From a plasmid: a DNA stretch of 64,000 nt. Both the position numbers and the translations under genes were made by a program. Under the pieces are notes generated by a model. The model saw only the letters and a program-made list of their open reading frames with translations, was not told the origin of the DNA and searched no databases. Positions 43,661 to 56,364 of the stretch are shown here, one piece after another. The stretch is from the sequence record NZ_CP044080.1; one strand, given 5' to 3'. The first letter of the stretch is position 1. Every line of letters starts with the position of its first letter.

Positions 43661-46095
43661 CGGAACGCCCCATGACCCCTGCGCCGCCACCCCTGTCCCC
43701 CATCCGCCGCCACAAGCAGCTGGAACGCATCTGGGCGACGGCGCCCGGCTGGGGGCGACTGGCGGCGGTGAACCATACCGTGATCGGTCGGCGCTTCATG
43801 GCGGTGGCGCTGGTCTTTTTCACCATCGGCGGGCTTCTGGCGATGCTTCTGCGCACGCAGCTTGCCTCGCGCGCCAGCCCCTTCATGGAGCCGGGGACCT
43901 ATGCGCAGGTCTTTACCATGCACGGGACGGTGATGATGTTCCTGTTCGCCATCCCGTTCTTCGAGGGGCTGGCGATGTATTTGCTGCCAAAGATGCTGGG
44001 CACCCGCGACATGGCCTTTCCGCGGCTCTCGGCCTATGGCTTCTGGTGTTACCTGTTCGGCGGCCTCATCCTGATCGCGGCCCTGCTTCTGGGCGTCGCG
44101 CCCGACGCGGGCTGGTTCATGTACACGCCGCTGTCCTCGGGCACCTACAGCCCCGGGATCAACGCGGATGTCTGGCTGCTGGGCATCACCTTCGTCGAGA
44201 TCTCGGCCCTGTCCGCCGCCATCGAGCTGATCGTGACCATCCTCAAGTCCCGCGCCGCGGGCATGTCGCTGGACCGGATGCCGATCCTGGCCTGGGCGAT
44301 GCTGGTCGTGGGCGGCATGATGCTGCTGGGCTTTCCGCCGCTGATCCTGGGCTCGATCCTGCTCGAGGTCGAACGCGCCTTCGGCCTGCCCTTCTTCGAC
44401 CCGACGCGCGGGGGCGATCCGCTGCTGTGGCAGCACCTGTTCTGGCTGTTCGGCCACCCCGAGGTCTATATCATCTTCCTGCCCGCCGCCGGGGTGCTCT
44501 CGACCGTCATCCCGGTGTTCTCGGCCCCACCGGGGGCACGCCAGCCGCTGGTTGGATACCGGGCGGTGGTGGCCGCGATGGTGGCCACGGGCTTTCTGTC
44601 CTTCGGCCTGTGGGTGCACCACATGTTCGCCACCGGCATCCCGCATCTGGGACTGGCAGTGTTCTCGATCGCCAGCGCCCTGATCGCCGTGCCGACGGCG
44701 GTGCAGCTTTTCGCCTGGCTTGCGACCATGGCGGCGGGGCGGCCGCGCTTTTCCATTCCGATGCTGCATGTCGGCGGCTTCATGGCCGTCTTTGTCTGCG
44801 GCGGGCTGACCGGGGTGATGCTGGCCATGGTGCCCTTCGATCTGCAGGCGCACGATACCCATTTCGTGGTCGCGCATCTGCATTACGTCCTGATCGGAGG
44901 CTTCGTCTTTCCGATGATGGCCGCAGCCTATTACTGGCTGCCGCACCTCAGCGGCCGCCAGCCCATCTGGCACCTGTCCCATGCCGCCTTCTGGACCGTC
45001 TTTGCCGGAATCAACATCACATTCCTGGGGATGCACCTGACCGGGCTCTGGGGCATGACGCGGCGGCTTGACCGCTATACCGACCCGGGGTGGGAGGTGC
45101 TGAACTTCATCTCGTCGATGGGCGGCTTCGTCACCACCATCGGTTTCGCGCTGGTGGCGCTGGACCTGATCCTGCTGGCGCGCTTCGGCCGCCCCTTCCG
45201 CCGCGATCCCTGGGGCGCGGGGACGCTGGAATGGGCGATGCCAACGCCGCCGCCCTCCTATGCCTTCGCCGCGGTGCCCGTGCTGGGGCCGAACGGCGCG
45301 CTGCCCTCGGGCCGGGCACTGGCGGCCGGCCAGGGCCTGCTGGCCCAGCCGCGCGGCGAGATGGAGATCCTGGGCGTCGACCCGCTGTCCGGGGCACCGC
45401 GCCAGATCATCATCCTGCCGAAGCCCACCTTCCTGCCGCTCTGGACCGCGCTCGCGACCGGGGGGTTCTTCCTGTGCCTGCTTTTCAAGATCTACGCTCT
45501 TGCGCCGCTGATGGTGCTGGCGGTGACGGCGCTGTTCCTGCGGTGGACCCGGACCACGCCCGCGCCCGCGACGCTGGACGCGGGCGGCGGGCTGATGCTG
45601 CCGAACCACGTCGCCAGCGGCGATGCCCCCTCGCTTTGGGCCATGCGGCTGGCGATCGCGGCGGATGCGACGGCCTTTGCCTCGCTGGTCTTCGGGGCGG
45701 CCTTCCTGGCGCTGTCCGCCCCCGGCTGGCCGCCGCCCGCATGGCCCCAGCCGGGCTGGCCGGCGCTGCTGCCGGGCGCGCTTGCCCTGCTGGTCCTTCT
45801 TCTGCCGGCCGAGCGCGTGGCGATCCCCGCCCAGGCCCTGATCCTGGCGCTGTTCGCCTGGGTGCTGTGGCAGACCACCGGCACGACCCGGCACGCCGCG
45901 CCGGCGGCGCTGGCGGCGGTCTGGGCCTATGCCGCGATCCATGCGGGCCTGGGCCTGGTCCTTGCCGGCTGGGCCAGCCGCGTGCCCCCGGACCAGCGCC
46001 ACCTGTCCCGCCTCTGGCAACGCTACGCCGCGCTTCTGACCCTGGCGGCGGCGGGTTTTCCCACGGCGCTGCGCCTGCTGGCCGAGGTCGCCTGA
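43657..46095 (+). CDS. coxA: Cytochrome c oxidase subunit I fused to a subunit-III-like C-terminal domain
   Basis: Heme-copper oxidase subunit I motifs (GHPEVYIIFLP; WVHHMF; HDTHFVVAHLHYVL), followed by ~280 aa of additional TM helices. ATGA overlap with coxB. Confidence 0.8.
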   Translation: MTERPMTPAPPPLSPIRRHKQLERIWATAPGWGRLAAVNHTVIGRRFMAVALVFFTIGGLLAMLLRTQLASRASPFMEPGTYAQVFTMHGTVMMFLFAIPFFEGLAMYLLPKMLGTRDMAFPRLSAYGFWCYLFGGLILIAALLLGVAPDAGWFMYTPLSSGTYSPGINADVWLLGITFVEISALSAAIELIVTILKSRAAGMSLDRMPILAWAMLVVGGMMLLGFPPLILGSILLEVERAFGLPFFDPTRGGDPLLWQHLFWLFGHPEVYIIFLPAAGVLSTVIPVFSAPPGARQPLVGYRAVVAAMVATGFLSFGLWVHHMFATGIPHLGLAVFSIASALIAVPTAVQLFAWLATMAAGRPRFSIPMLHVGGFMAVFVCGGLTGVMLAMVPFDLQAHDTHFVVAHLHYVLIGGFVFPMMAAAYYWLPHLSGRQPIWHLSHAAFWTVFAGINITFLGMHLTGLWGMTRRLDRYTDPGWEVLNFISSMGGFVTTIGFALVALDLILLARFGRPFRRDPWGAGTLEWAMPTPPPSYAFAAVPVLGPNGALPSGRALAAGQGLLAQPRGEMEILGVDPLSGAPRQIIILPKPTFLPLWTALATGGFFLCLLFKIYALAPLMVLAVTALFLRWTRTTPAPATLDAGGGLMLPNHVASGDAPSLWAMRLAIAADATAFASLVFGAAFLALSAPGWPPPAWPQPGWPALLPGALALLVLLLPAERVAIPAQALILALFAWVLWQTTGTTRHAAPAALAAVWAYAAIHAGLGLVLAGWASRVPPDQRHLSRLWQRYAALLTLAAAGFPTALRLLAEVA

Positions 46096-46161
46096 CGCCG
46101 GCCATGGAAAAAGGGGCGCGACCCGCCGGCCGCGCCCCCTTGTTCGTCACCGCACCCTGCC

Positions 46162-48521
<2,360 letters not shown>

Positions 48522-49460
48522 ATGATGAACATTACCCTCAGGCAGTTGCGCTATTTCGATGCGCTGGCGCGGCACGGCCATTTCGGACGCGCCGCCGACG
48601 ACTGCGCGATTTCCCAGCCGGCCCTGTCCATGCAGATCAAGGAGCTTGAGGAATCCGTCGGCGTACCCCTGTTCGAACGCGGCGGCCGCCGGCTGCGGAT
48701 GACGGCCTTTGGCGAGCTTTTCGCCGAACGCGCCCGCGACATCCTGCGCGGCATGGACGAATTGCACGACCTGGCCCGGACCGCGCGCGTCCACCTGACG
48801 GGGCGGCTGCGCATCGGCATCATTCCGACCATCGCCCCCTATCTGCTGCCCGGGATCATCGCCAAGCTGACGGCGCGCTTCCCCTATCTGGAACTCGGCC
48901 TGCGCGAGGCGGTGACGACCCGCCTGCTGGACGAACTGCGCGAGGGGCAGCTTGACGCGGTGATCCTGGCGCTGCCCATCTCGGACCCGGGCCTGACCGA
49001 AGTGCCGCTGTTTGCCGAACGCTTCGTCCTGGTGCGCCCCGACAGCGACCGCGACAAGCCGGTTCCCAGTCGCGACAAGCTGCACGAGATGCGGCTTTTG
49101 CTGCTTGAGGAGGGGCACTGCTTTCGCGATCAGGCGCTGTCCTTTTGCAACATGCGCCCGGCCCGCCCGCGCGAACTGCTGGACGGCAGTTCGCTGTCCA
49201 CGCTGGTCCAGATGGTCGGCGCGGGCATCGGCGTGACCCTGATCCCGGAAATGGCGGTTCCGGTCGAAACCCATTCGGCCCCGGTGTCGGTCGCCCGCTT
49301 CCCCGATCCCCAGCCCGCGCGGACCATCGGGCTGATCTGGCGCAAGACGAACCCGTTGGCCGGACGGCTGGCGGAACTGGCCGAGGTGGTGCGCGAGGCG
49401 GCCGAGGCGCAGGGCCTGGCGGCGCGCGGTCCCGTCCGGGACCCGGCGGACACGCCCTAG
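48522..49460 (+). CDS. oxyR: LysR-family hydrogen-peroxide-responsive regulator OxyR
   Basis: LysR HTH (LRQLRYFDALARHGHFGRAADDCAISQPALSMQIKELEE) and the redox Cys pair (EEGHCFRDQALSFC). Divergent from katG. Confidence 0.85.
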   Translation: MMNITLRQLRYFDALARHGHFGRAADDCAISQPALSMQIKELEESVGVPLFERGGRRLRMTAFGELFAERARDILRGMDELHDLARTARVHLTGRLRIGIIPTIAPYLLPGIIAKLTARFPYLELGLREAVTTRLLDELREGQLDAVILALPISDPGLTEVPLFAERFVLVRPDSDRDKPVPSRDKLHEMRLLLLEEGHCFRDQALSFCNMRPARPRELLDGSSLSTLVQMVGAGIGVTLIPEMAVPVETHSAPVSVARFPDPQPARTIGLIWRKTNPLAGRLAELAEVVREAAEAQGLAARGPVRDPADTP

Positions 49461-50182
49461 CGGGCCAGCCAGCCCCCGTCCACGTTCAGGACCGCGCCGT
49501 TGACATAATCCGAGGCGGGGGCCGCCAGATAGACGGCGCTTTGACCGATATCCTCGGGCCGGCCCCAGCGGCCGGCGGGGATGCGGTCGAGGATGGCGCG
49601 CGACCGATCCGGGTCGGCGCGCAGGGCCTCGGTGTTGTTCGTCTCGATATAGCCGGGGGCGATGGCGTTCACGTTCAGCCCCTTTGCGGCCCATTCGTTG
49701 GCCAGCAGCTTGGTCAGCCCGGCCACGCCATGCTTGCTGGCGGTATAGGACGGCACCCGGATGCCGCCCTGGAACGACAGAAGGCTGGCGATGTTGACGA
49801 TCTTGCCACGCCCGCGCGGGATCGCAGCGCGGGCGAAGGCCTGGCAGGTGAAGAACACCGCCTTCAGGTTCACGTCCATCACCGCGTCCCAGTCGGCCTC
49901 GGTGAAATCCACCGCATCGTCGCGGCGGATGATGCCGGCGTTGTTGACCAGGATGTCGATGCGTTCGGCGGCAAAGACATCCCGCGCCGCCATCGGGTCG
50001 CTGAAATCCAGCCGCAAGCCGCGCCCGGACCCCATCAGCGCCAGCGTCTGATCGCAGTCGCGGCGGCCTGCGGCGATGACCTCGGCGCCGGCCTGGGCCA
50101 TGGCGACGGCGATGGCCTGGCCGATCCCGGTGTTCGCGCCCGTGACCAGCGCCACCTGCCCCTGCAGCGAAAACGGGTTCAT
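49457..50182 (-). CDS. kduD: 2-dehydro-3-deoxy-D-gluconate 5-dehydrogenase-type SDR (KduD-like)
   Basis: TGANTGIG Rossmann motif, NNAG, and the YxxxK catalytic pair (SYTASKHGV). Sits in the uronate operon. Confidence 0.8.
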   Translation of the reverse strand: MNPFSLQGQVALVTGANTGIGQAIAVAMAQAGAEVIAAGRRDCDQTLALMGSGRGLRLDFSDPMAARDVFAAERIDILVNNAGIIRRDDAVDFTEADWDAVMDVNLKAVFFTCQAFARAAIPRGRGKIVNIASLLSFQGGIRVPSYTASKHGVAGLTKLLANEWAAKGLNVNAIAPGYIETNNTEALRADPDRSRAILDRIPAGRWGRPEDIGQSAVYLAAPASDYVNGAVLNVDGGWLAR

Positions 50183-51003
50183 CGCAGATCCTCCGGCTGG
50201 ACGAAGTCCATGTCCGTGTAATCCACGTTGTCGCCCGCCATCGCCCAGATGAAGGTATAGCCGCCGATCCCCGCCCCCGCATGGATCGACCAGGGCGGAG
50301 AGATCACCGCCTGTTCATTGGCGACGAAGACGTGGCGCGTCTCCTGCGGCTCGCCCATCAGGTGCAGGACGCGGGCCTGCGGCTCCATGCCGTGGTAAAG
50401 ATAGGCCTCCATCCGCCGGTCGTGGACATGGGCCGGCATGGTGTTCCAGACCGACCCATCCTCAAGCGTGGTATAGCCCAGGACCAGCTGGCAGCTTTCC
50501 ATGACCAGCGGATGGATGAACTGGCGGATCGTGCGCTTGTTCGAGGTCTCGACCGCGCCGGTCTTCATCTCCTTGGCATCGGCCACGGTCACCAGCCGCG
50601 CGGGCAGCGCCCGATGCGCCGGGCAGGAGGTGATGTAGAACCGCCCCTGCCCCGAGAACGTCACCGGCCCCGCGCCCATGCCCAGGTAAAGCACGTCGCC
50701 CTGCGCCATGTCCCAGCCCTGTCCCCCGGCCTCGACCCGGCCGGGGCCGCCGATGTTGACGACGCCCATCTCGCGCCGCTCCAGGAAGGTGGCGGTCTTC
50801 GTCTCGGCGATCCGATCCAGCACCAGGGCCGCGCCGTCCGGCACCGCGGCCCCGACGACGAAACGGTCGTAATGGGTATAGACCAGCCGGATCTCGCCGG
50901 GGGCAAAGATGCCCTCGGCCAGGAAATGGCGGCGCAGGGCGGCGGTGTCCATCGCGCGGGCATGATCGGGATGGACCGCCTGGCGGGTTTCGACATGGAT
51001 CAT
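50179..51003 (-). CDS. kduI: 5-dehydro-4-deoxy-D-glucuronate isomerase (KduI)
   Basis: KduI-family bicupin, 274 aa, N-terminus MIHVETRQAVHPD. Confidence 0.8.
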   Translation of the reverse strand: MIHVETRQAVHPDHARAMDTAALRRHFLAEGIFAPGEIRLVYTHYDRFVVGAAVPDGAALVLDRIAETKTATFLERREMGVVNIGGPGRVEAGGQGWDMAQGDVLYLGMGAGPVTFSGQGRFYITSCPAHRALPARLVTVADAKEMKTGAVETSNKRTIRQFIHPLVMESCQLVLGYTTLEDGSVWNTMPAHVHDRRMEAYLYHGMEPQARVLHLMGEPQETRHVFVANEQAVISPPWSIHAGAGIGGYTFIWAMAGDNVDYTDMDFVQPEDLR

Positions 51004-51014
51004 CTTGGGGCCTT

Positions 51015-51296
51015 TCACAGGAAATCGTCGCGGCGGGGCGTGAAGCTGTCGATCAGCGTCCCGGCCTCCAGGCATTCGCAGCCATGTTCGGCGCCCGAGA
51101 GGATGACGAACGCATCCCCCGGGCCCACCTCAAGGCTGCGGCCGTCCACCGAAAAGCGGTAGCGCCCGGATTGCACATAGGTCGATTGCACATGCGGGTG
51201 GCTGTGCAGATCGCCCCGGTCGCCGGTCCGGAAATCAAAGCGGACGACCATCAGGTCTGGCGCGTGGGCCAGCACGGTGCGGACAGGCGCGCTCAT
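51015..51296 (-). CDS. Small cupin (KdgF-like candidate) in the uronate operon
   Basis: Cupin metal-site motifs (HSHPHVQSTYVQSG...GAEHG). 93 aa. ATGA overlap with the dctM stop. Confidence 0.55.
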   Translation of the reverse strand: MSAPVRTVLAHAPDLMVVRFDFRTGDRGDLHSHPHVQSTYVQSGRYRFSVDGRSLEVGPGDAFVILSGAEHGCECLEAGTLIDSFTPRRDDFL

Positions 51297-52573
51297 CGGA
51301 ACACCCCCGGCAGCCACAGCGACAGGGCGGGGATATAGGTCACCATCAGCAGCACGACCAGCCCGGCGGCATAGAACGGCCAGACGCTGCGCATCGCCTC
51401 CCAGATCGAGATGCGGGCGACGGCGGCGGCGACGAACTGCACCGGACCCAGCGGCGGAGTGTTCAGCCCGATCCCCAGATTCAGGATCATGATGACGCCG
51501 AAATGCACCGGATCGACGCCGAAGGCGCTGACGACGGGCAGGAAGATCGGCGTGGTGATGATGATCAGCGGGCTCATGTCCATGAAGGTGCCCAGGACCA
51601 GTAGCACGATGTTGATCATCAGCAGGATCACGAAGGGATTGTCCGAAACCGACTGCATCCAGTTCAGCGAGATCTGCGCGACGTGCAGATAGGCCATCAG
51701 CCAGCCGAAGGCCCCGGCCATGCCGATGATCAGCAGGACCATGGCGGTGGTGCGCACCGCCTGCTGGGTGGCGTGGACGAAATCGCGCCAGGACATGCTG
51801 CGATAGACCAGCGCCGTGACAAGCAGCGCATAGACCACCGCCACGCAGGAGCTTTCCGTCGCCGTGAACATGCCCGAACGCACGCCGCCGAAGATGATGG
51901 CGATCAGCAGCATCCCGGGCAGCGATTGCAGCAGGTAATAGCCGACGCGGCCGAAACCCGGAAACGGCTCGGTCGGATAGCCGCGCTTGCGGGCGACCAG
52001 CCAGGCGGTGATCGACAGCGCCAGCGCCAGCAGCAGGCCCGGGATGATCCCCGCCGTGAACAGGTCGGCAATCGAGATCCGCCCCCCGCCCGAGATCGAA
52101 TAGATGATCATATTGTGGCTGGGCGGCAGCAGCAGCGCGATCAGCGCCGCCATCGATGTCACGTTGACCGCGTAATCGGCGCCATAGCCGCGCGCCTTCA
52201 TCTGCGGGATCATGATGCCGCCGACCGCCGCCGCCTCGGCCACGGCGGATCCCGAAATGCCGCCGAACAGGGTTGATGCGGCGATGTTGACCTGCCCCAG
52301 CCCGCCCCGGACATGCCCGATCAGCGAGCCGGCAAAGGCCACGATCTTGGCCGCGATGCCTCCGCGCACCATCAGGTCGCCCGCGAAGATGAAGAAGGGG
52401 ATCGCCATCAGCGTAAAGACCGAGATCCCGGCCGACACGCGCTGGAACACCACCAGGGGCGGCAGGCCCAGCCAGGCCACGGTCGCGAGGCTCGAGATGC
52501 CGAGGCAAAAGGCGATCGGCGTGCCGATCAGCATGAGCGCGGTGAAGACGCCGAACAGGATCAGGTATTCCAT
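51293..52573 (-). CDS. dctM: TRAP transporter large permease DctM
   Basis: 426-aa polytopic DctM-family protein. Confidence 0.85.
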   Translation of the reverse strand: MEYLILFGVFTALMLIGTPIAFCLGISSLATVAWLGLPPLVVFQRVSAGISVFTLMAIPFFIFAGDLMVRGGIAAKIVAFAGSLIGHVRGGLGQVNIAASTLFGGISGSAVAEAAAVGGIMIPQMKARGYGADYAVNVTSMAALIALLLPPSHNMIIYSISGGGRISIADLFTAGIIPGLLLALALSITAWLVARKRGYPTEPFPGFGRVGYYLLQSLPGMLLIAIIFGGVRSGMFTATESSCVAVVYALLVTALVYRSMSWRDFVHATQQAVRTTAMVLLIIGMAGAFGWLMAYLHVAQISLNWMQSVSDNPFVILLMINIVLLVLGTFMDMSPLIIITTPIFLPVVSAFGVDPVHFGVIMILNLGIGLNTPPLGPVQFVAAAVARISIWEAMRSVWPFYAAGLVVLLMVTYIPALSLWLPGVFR

Positions 52574-52576
52574 GGT

Positions 52577-53113
52577 TCAGGCCTCGCTCATCAGGACGTC
52601 TTCGGCGTCGGGGGCTTCGTCGGCGCGCGCCCGCCCGGTCAGCCTGTTCAGGACATGTTCGGTGATGAACAGGGTGATCAGCACGCCGCCCACGAACAGC
52701 GGCATGTAGCCGAAGCCCCCGGGCAGGCGGATCACCGGCAGGGTCGTGCCCCAGGTCCTGGACATCAGCTGCCAGCCATAGACCGTCATGCCGACGCCAA
52801 AGACCAGCACGGCCAAGTCCGAGCCGAGGCGCAGCCATTTTCCCGCCCCCTCGGGCAGGAAATGCAGCAGCACGTCGAAGCCCATGTGGAAATTCTCGTG
52901 CACGCCGACGGCCGAACCCAGGAAGATGAACCAGCTCATCAACAGGATGGCGGTGGGCTCGACCCACAGCAGGCTGTGGTTCAGCACATAGCGCGCAAAG
53001 ACCTGCGCAAAGACGATGACGGTCATGGCGATCAGCCCGGACCCGGCCAGCCACAGGCTGGCGCGGGACAGCAGGCGGTTCAGCCGGGACAATGCGGCAA
53101 TGCTGCGACGCAT
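52577..53113 (-). CDS. dctQ: TRAP transporter small permease DctQ
   Basis: 178 aa with four TM helices, located between dctP and dctM. Confidence 0.75.
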   Translation of the reverse strand: MRRSIAALSRLNRLLSRASLWLAGSGLIAMTVIVFAQVFARYVLNHSLLWVEPTAILLMSWFIFLGSAVGVHENFHMGFDVLLHFLPEGAGKWLRLGSDLAVLVFGVGMTVYGWQLMSRTWGTTLPVIRLPGGFGYMPLFVGGVLITLFITEHVLNRLTGRARADEAPDAEDVLMSEA

Positions 53114-53177
53114 GGCGGCGCCCCCTCCTTTTGTCTCAAGGAACCAAGGCCCGCGGACGATGCCGCGGGCCGGGCGA

Positions 53178-54161
53178 TCACTGGGTTTCCTGGATGCGCT
53201 TGACCAGGTCGCGCGCCTCGGGGGTGGTCACGTATTTCTCATAGACCGGGGCCATCGCCTCGATGAAGGCGGTCTTGTCCACGTCCTTGATGATTTCCGC
53301 GCCGGCGGCGGCAACCTTGTCCTCGCTGGCCTTTTCCTGCTCCGCCCAGAGCCTGCGTTGCAGCGTGGCCGAGTTCTGCGCCGCTTCGCGCATGATGGCC
53401 TGATCCTCGGGGGAAAGCTTCTCCCAGCTGGTCTTGGCCACGGCGACCAGCTCGGGCACCATCAGGTGCTGGTCCAGCGTGAAATACTTGGCGACCTCGG
53501 CGTGACCCGAGCTGTCGTAGCTGGGAAAGTTGTTTTCCGCCCCGTCGATCACGCCGGTCTGGATCGAGGAATAGACCTCGCCATAGGGCATTGGCGTCGC
53601 CGTGGCGCCAAGCGCCGTCATCATGTCCACGAAAACGTCGTTCTGCATGACGCGGAACTTCAGGCCCTTGAGGTCCTCGACCGTCTTGATCGGCTTCTTG
53701 GCGTTGTAGAAGCTGCGCGCGCCGCCGTCGTAATAGGCCAGCGGCACCAGCCCGTGCTCCTCGAAGCCCTTGGCGATTTCCTGCCCGATGGGGCCGTCCA
53801 TCACCTTGTGCAGGTGCTCGTCGGATTTGTACAGATAGGGCAGCGACACCGTCTGCGTAATCGGCACGATATCGTTGAACGACCCGAAGCTGGCGCGGAT
53901 CATGTCGATCACGCCGAACTGGGTCTGTTCGATGGTGTCCTTTTCCTCGCCCAGCTGGGACGACGGAAAGACCTCGATGCAGATGCGACCCTGGGTCTTT
54001 TCCTTGACCTCGGCTGCCATCGCCTTGACGCCCTCGACGGTCGGATAGCCGTCGGGGTGGGTGTCCGAGGACCGCAGCGTGATTTCGCATTCCGCGCTGG
54101 CGGCACCGGCCAGCGCGGCGGTGGCCAGCAGGGCGGCAAGGGTGGTCTTCAGCACTCTCAT
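53178..54161 (-). CDS. dctP: TRAP transporter solute receptor DctP (uronate-type)
   Basis: Signal peptide and the DctP-family fold. The carboxylate-binding Arg context is conserved. Confidence 0.85.
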   Translation of the reverse strand: MRVLKTTLAALLATAALAGAASAECEITLRSSDTHPDGYPTVEGVKAMAAEVKEKTQGRICIEVFPSSQLGEEKDTIEQTQFGVIDMIRASFGSFNDIVPITQTVSLPYLYKSDEHLHKVMDGPIGQEIAKGFEEHGLVPLAYYDGGARSFYNAKKPIKTVEDLKGLKFRVMQNDVFVDMMTALGATATPMPYGEVYSSIQTGVIDGAENNFPSYDSSGHAEVAKYFTLDQHLMVPELVAVAKTSWEKLSPEDQAIMREAAQNSATLQRRLWAEQEKASEDKVAAAGAEIIKDVDKTAFIEAMAPVYEKYVTTPEARDLVKRIQETQ

Positions 54162-54182
54162 TTCATCCTCCCCGATGAAAGT

Positions 54183-55583
54183 TCAAAGGTTATAGGCCCT
54201 CTTGACGAGGCCGTAGGTGAGTTCGTGGGCCAGTTCGGGCGCCTCGTCCGCGTCCAGCCGGCCAGTGGCGACCAGCGTGGCGAGAAAGGCGCAGTCCACC
54301 CGCCGCGCCACGTCATGGCGCGCCGGAATCGAGCAGAAGGCGCGGGTGTCGTCGTTGAAGCCGACGGTGTTGTAGAAGCCCGCCGTCTCGGTCGTCATCT
54401 CGCGGAACCGGCGCATGCCCTCGGGGCTGTCGTAAAACCACCAGGGCGGCCCCAGCCGCAGGCAGGGATAGACCCCGGCCAGCGGCGCCAGTTCGCGGGC
54501 ATAGGATGTCTCGTCCAGCGTGAACAGGATCACGGTCAGGTCGGGCCGCATGCCCACCGCGTTCAGCAGCGGGCGCAGCGCCGCGACGTAATCGGTGGGG
54601 CCCGGGATGTCGAAGCCCTTGTCGCGGCCGAACATCGCCATGACCGGGTCCGAATGGTTGCGCCGCGCGCCGGGATGGATCTGCAGGACCAGCCCGTCCT
54701 CCAGGCTCATCCGCGCCATCTCGGTCAGCATCTGGCCGCGAAACGCGTCCGCTTCGCCAGGCGAGCAGGCACCGCGCAAGGCCTTCTGGAACAGCGCCGC
54801 CGCCTCGGCCTGCGGCAGGTCTTCGGTCCGGGCGCTGGGGTGGCCGTGGTCGCTGGAGGTCGCGCCGAACTCTTTGAAATACGCCCGCCGCGCCCGATGC
54901 CCGTCCAGATAGCCCGCCCAGGTCGCGGTGTCGAACCCGGTCTGCTGGCCCATCAGGGCGACGTTCCCGGCAAAGCCCGCCATCTCGGGGTCGATCACCC
55001 CGTCGGGGCGATAGGCCGTCACCACCCGGCCCCGCCAGCCGCTGTCGCGGATCATCCGGTGCCAGCGCAGGTCGTCGGTGGCGGGTTCGGTGGTGGCGAT
55101 GACCTCGATGTTGAAGCGTTCGTAAAGCGCCCGGGGCCGGAACTCGGGCCGCGACAGGCAGTCGGCGATGTGGTCGTAATACCAGTCCGCCGTATCCGGC
55201 CCCAGCCGGCGGTCGATGCCGAAGACGTGGTGAAAGCTGTGGTCCAGCCACAACCGCGAGGGCGTCCCCCGCAGCAGGTGGTAATGCCGCGCGAACAGGC
55301 GCCAGATCCTGCGCCCGTCCGTCTCGGACGGCCCGCCGTCGGCGCGCGGCACGCCCAGATCCGCCAGCGCCACGCCCTGCGAACACAGCATCCGAAAGAC
55401 ATAATGATCCGGCGTCACGAACAGCTGCGCGGGGTCGGGAAACGGCTGGTCCTCGGCGAACCAGCGCGGGTCGGTGTGGCCGTGCGGGCTGACGATCGGC
55501 AGGTCGCGGACGCCGTCGTAAAGGCCCCGCGCCAGATCGCGCAGGGCAGGTTCGACGGGAAACAGCCGGTCCTGGTCCAACAT
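54183..55583 (-). CDS. uxaC: Glucuronate isomerase (uronate isomerase)
   Basis: UxaC motifs (IVSPHGHTDP; amidohydrolase-like fold). 466 aa. Confidence 0.85.
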   Translation of the reverse strand: MLDQDRLFPVEPALRDLARGLYDGVRDLPIVSPHGHTDPRWFAEDQPFPDPAQLFVTPDHYVFRMLCSQGVALADLGVPRADGGPSETDGRRIWRLFARHYHLLRGTPSRLWLDHSFHHVFGIDRRLGPDTADWYYDHIADCLSRPEFRPRALYERFNIEVIATTEPATDDLRWHRMIRDSGWRGRVVTAYRPDGVIDPEMAGFAGNVALMGQQTGFDTATWAGYLDGHRARRAYFKEFGATSSDHGHPSARTEDLPQAEAAALFQKALRGACSPGEADAFRGQMLTEMARMSLEDGLVLQIHPGARRNHSDPVMAMFGRDKGFDIPGPTDYVAALRPLLNAVGMRPDLTVILFTLDETSYARELAPLAGVYPCLRLGPPWWFYDSPEGMRRFREMTTETAGFYNTVGFNDDTRAFCSIPARHDVARRVDCAFLATLVATGRLDADEAPELAHELTYGLVKRAYNL

Positions 55584-55668
55584 GCGTCGCCCCTCCCCGA
55601 ATCGCGCTTGTCACGTTGCTGATGATCTAATATGCTAGATTACTAGCTTGTCAACGCAAAGGTGAACC

Positions 55669-56364
55669 ATGATCCCGACCCCCGCGATTTTGCCGACGCT
55701 TGACGATGCCCGCCCGCCCAGCATCACCGATCAGGTCTATGAGGCGCTTTACGACCGGGTGGTGAACCTGACCCTGCCACCCGGCGCCCGCCTGTCCGAG
55801 GCCGAGGTCGCGGCCCAGATGGGCGTGTCGCGCCAGCCGGTGCGCGACGCCTTCTATCGCCTGTCGCAGATGGGATTCGTGCTGATCCGGCCGCAGCGCG
55901 CCACCACGGTCACGCCGATTTCCGAACAGGCGGTGCTGCAGGCCTATTTCATCCGCTGCGCGCTTGAGGAACGCTGCCTGCGCCACGCCACCCACCGTCT
56001 GTCGGACCAGCACCTGGACGCGCTGGATGCGCTGATCGCGCGCCAGGACCAGGCGGTTCGGGCCGATGACCGCAGCCTGTTCCACGCGCTGGACGACCAG
56101 TTCCACCACGACATCTGCCATTATGCGGGGCTGGGCTTCGTCTGGGCCCTGGTCAAGGAAAACAAGGGCCACATGGACCGCGCCCGGTTCCTCAGCCTCA
56201 GCTATAACGGGGCCAGCGCGGTGCGCGAGCATCGCCAGATCCTGCTGGCGCTGCGCCAGCGTGACAGCGATGCGGCCGTGGCCGCGATCCGCCACCACCT
56301 GGCCCAGATCGAGGGGATCATCGCCCGCGTCCGCCAGGAGCGGCCGGGCCTGTTCGGCGAATAG
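55669..56364 (+). CDS. GntR-family (FadR/FCD subfamily) transcriptional regulator; candidate uronate regulator
   Basis: N-terminal winged HTH (LSEAEVAAQMGVSRQPVRDAFYRLSQMGFV) and an FCD domain. Divergent from uxaC. Confidence 0.8.
   Translation: MIPTPAILPTLDDARPPSITDQVYEALYDRVVNLTLPPGARLSEAEVAAQMGVSRQPVRDAFYRLSQMGFVLIRPQRATTVTPISEQAVLQAYFIRCALEERCLRHATHRLSDQHLDALDALIARQDQAVRADDRSLFHALDDQFHHDICHYAGLGFVWALVKENKGHMDRARFLSLSYNGASAVREHRQILLALRQRDSDAAVAAIRHHLAQIEGIIARVRQERPGLFGE

Noticed and set aside
43375-46020. 881-aa minus-strand ORF
   Set aside because: Antisense to coxA (subunit I motifs are unambiguous on the plus strand). Translation is Arg/Gly/Pro-rich and low-complexity.
53016-55622. 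868-aa plus-strand ORF
   Set aside because: Antisense across dctP and uxaC. A shadow ORF in GC-rich coding DNA.
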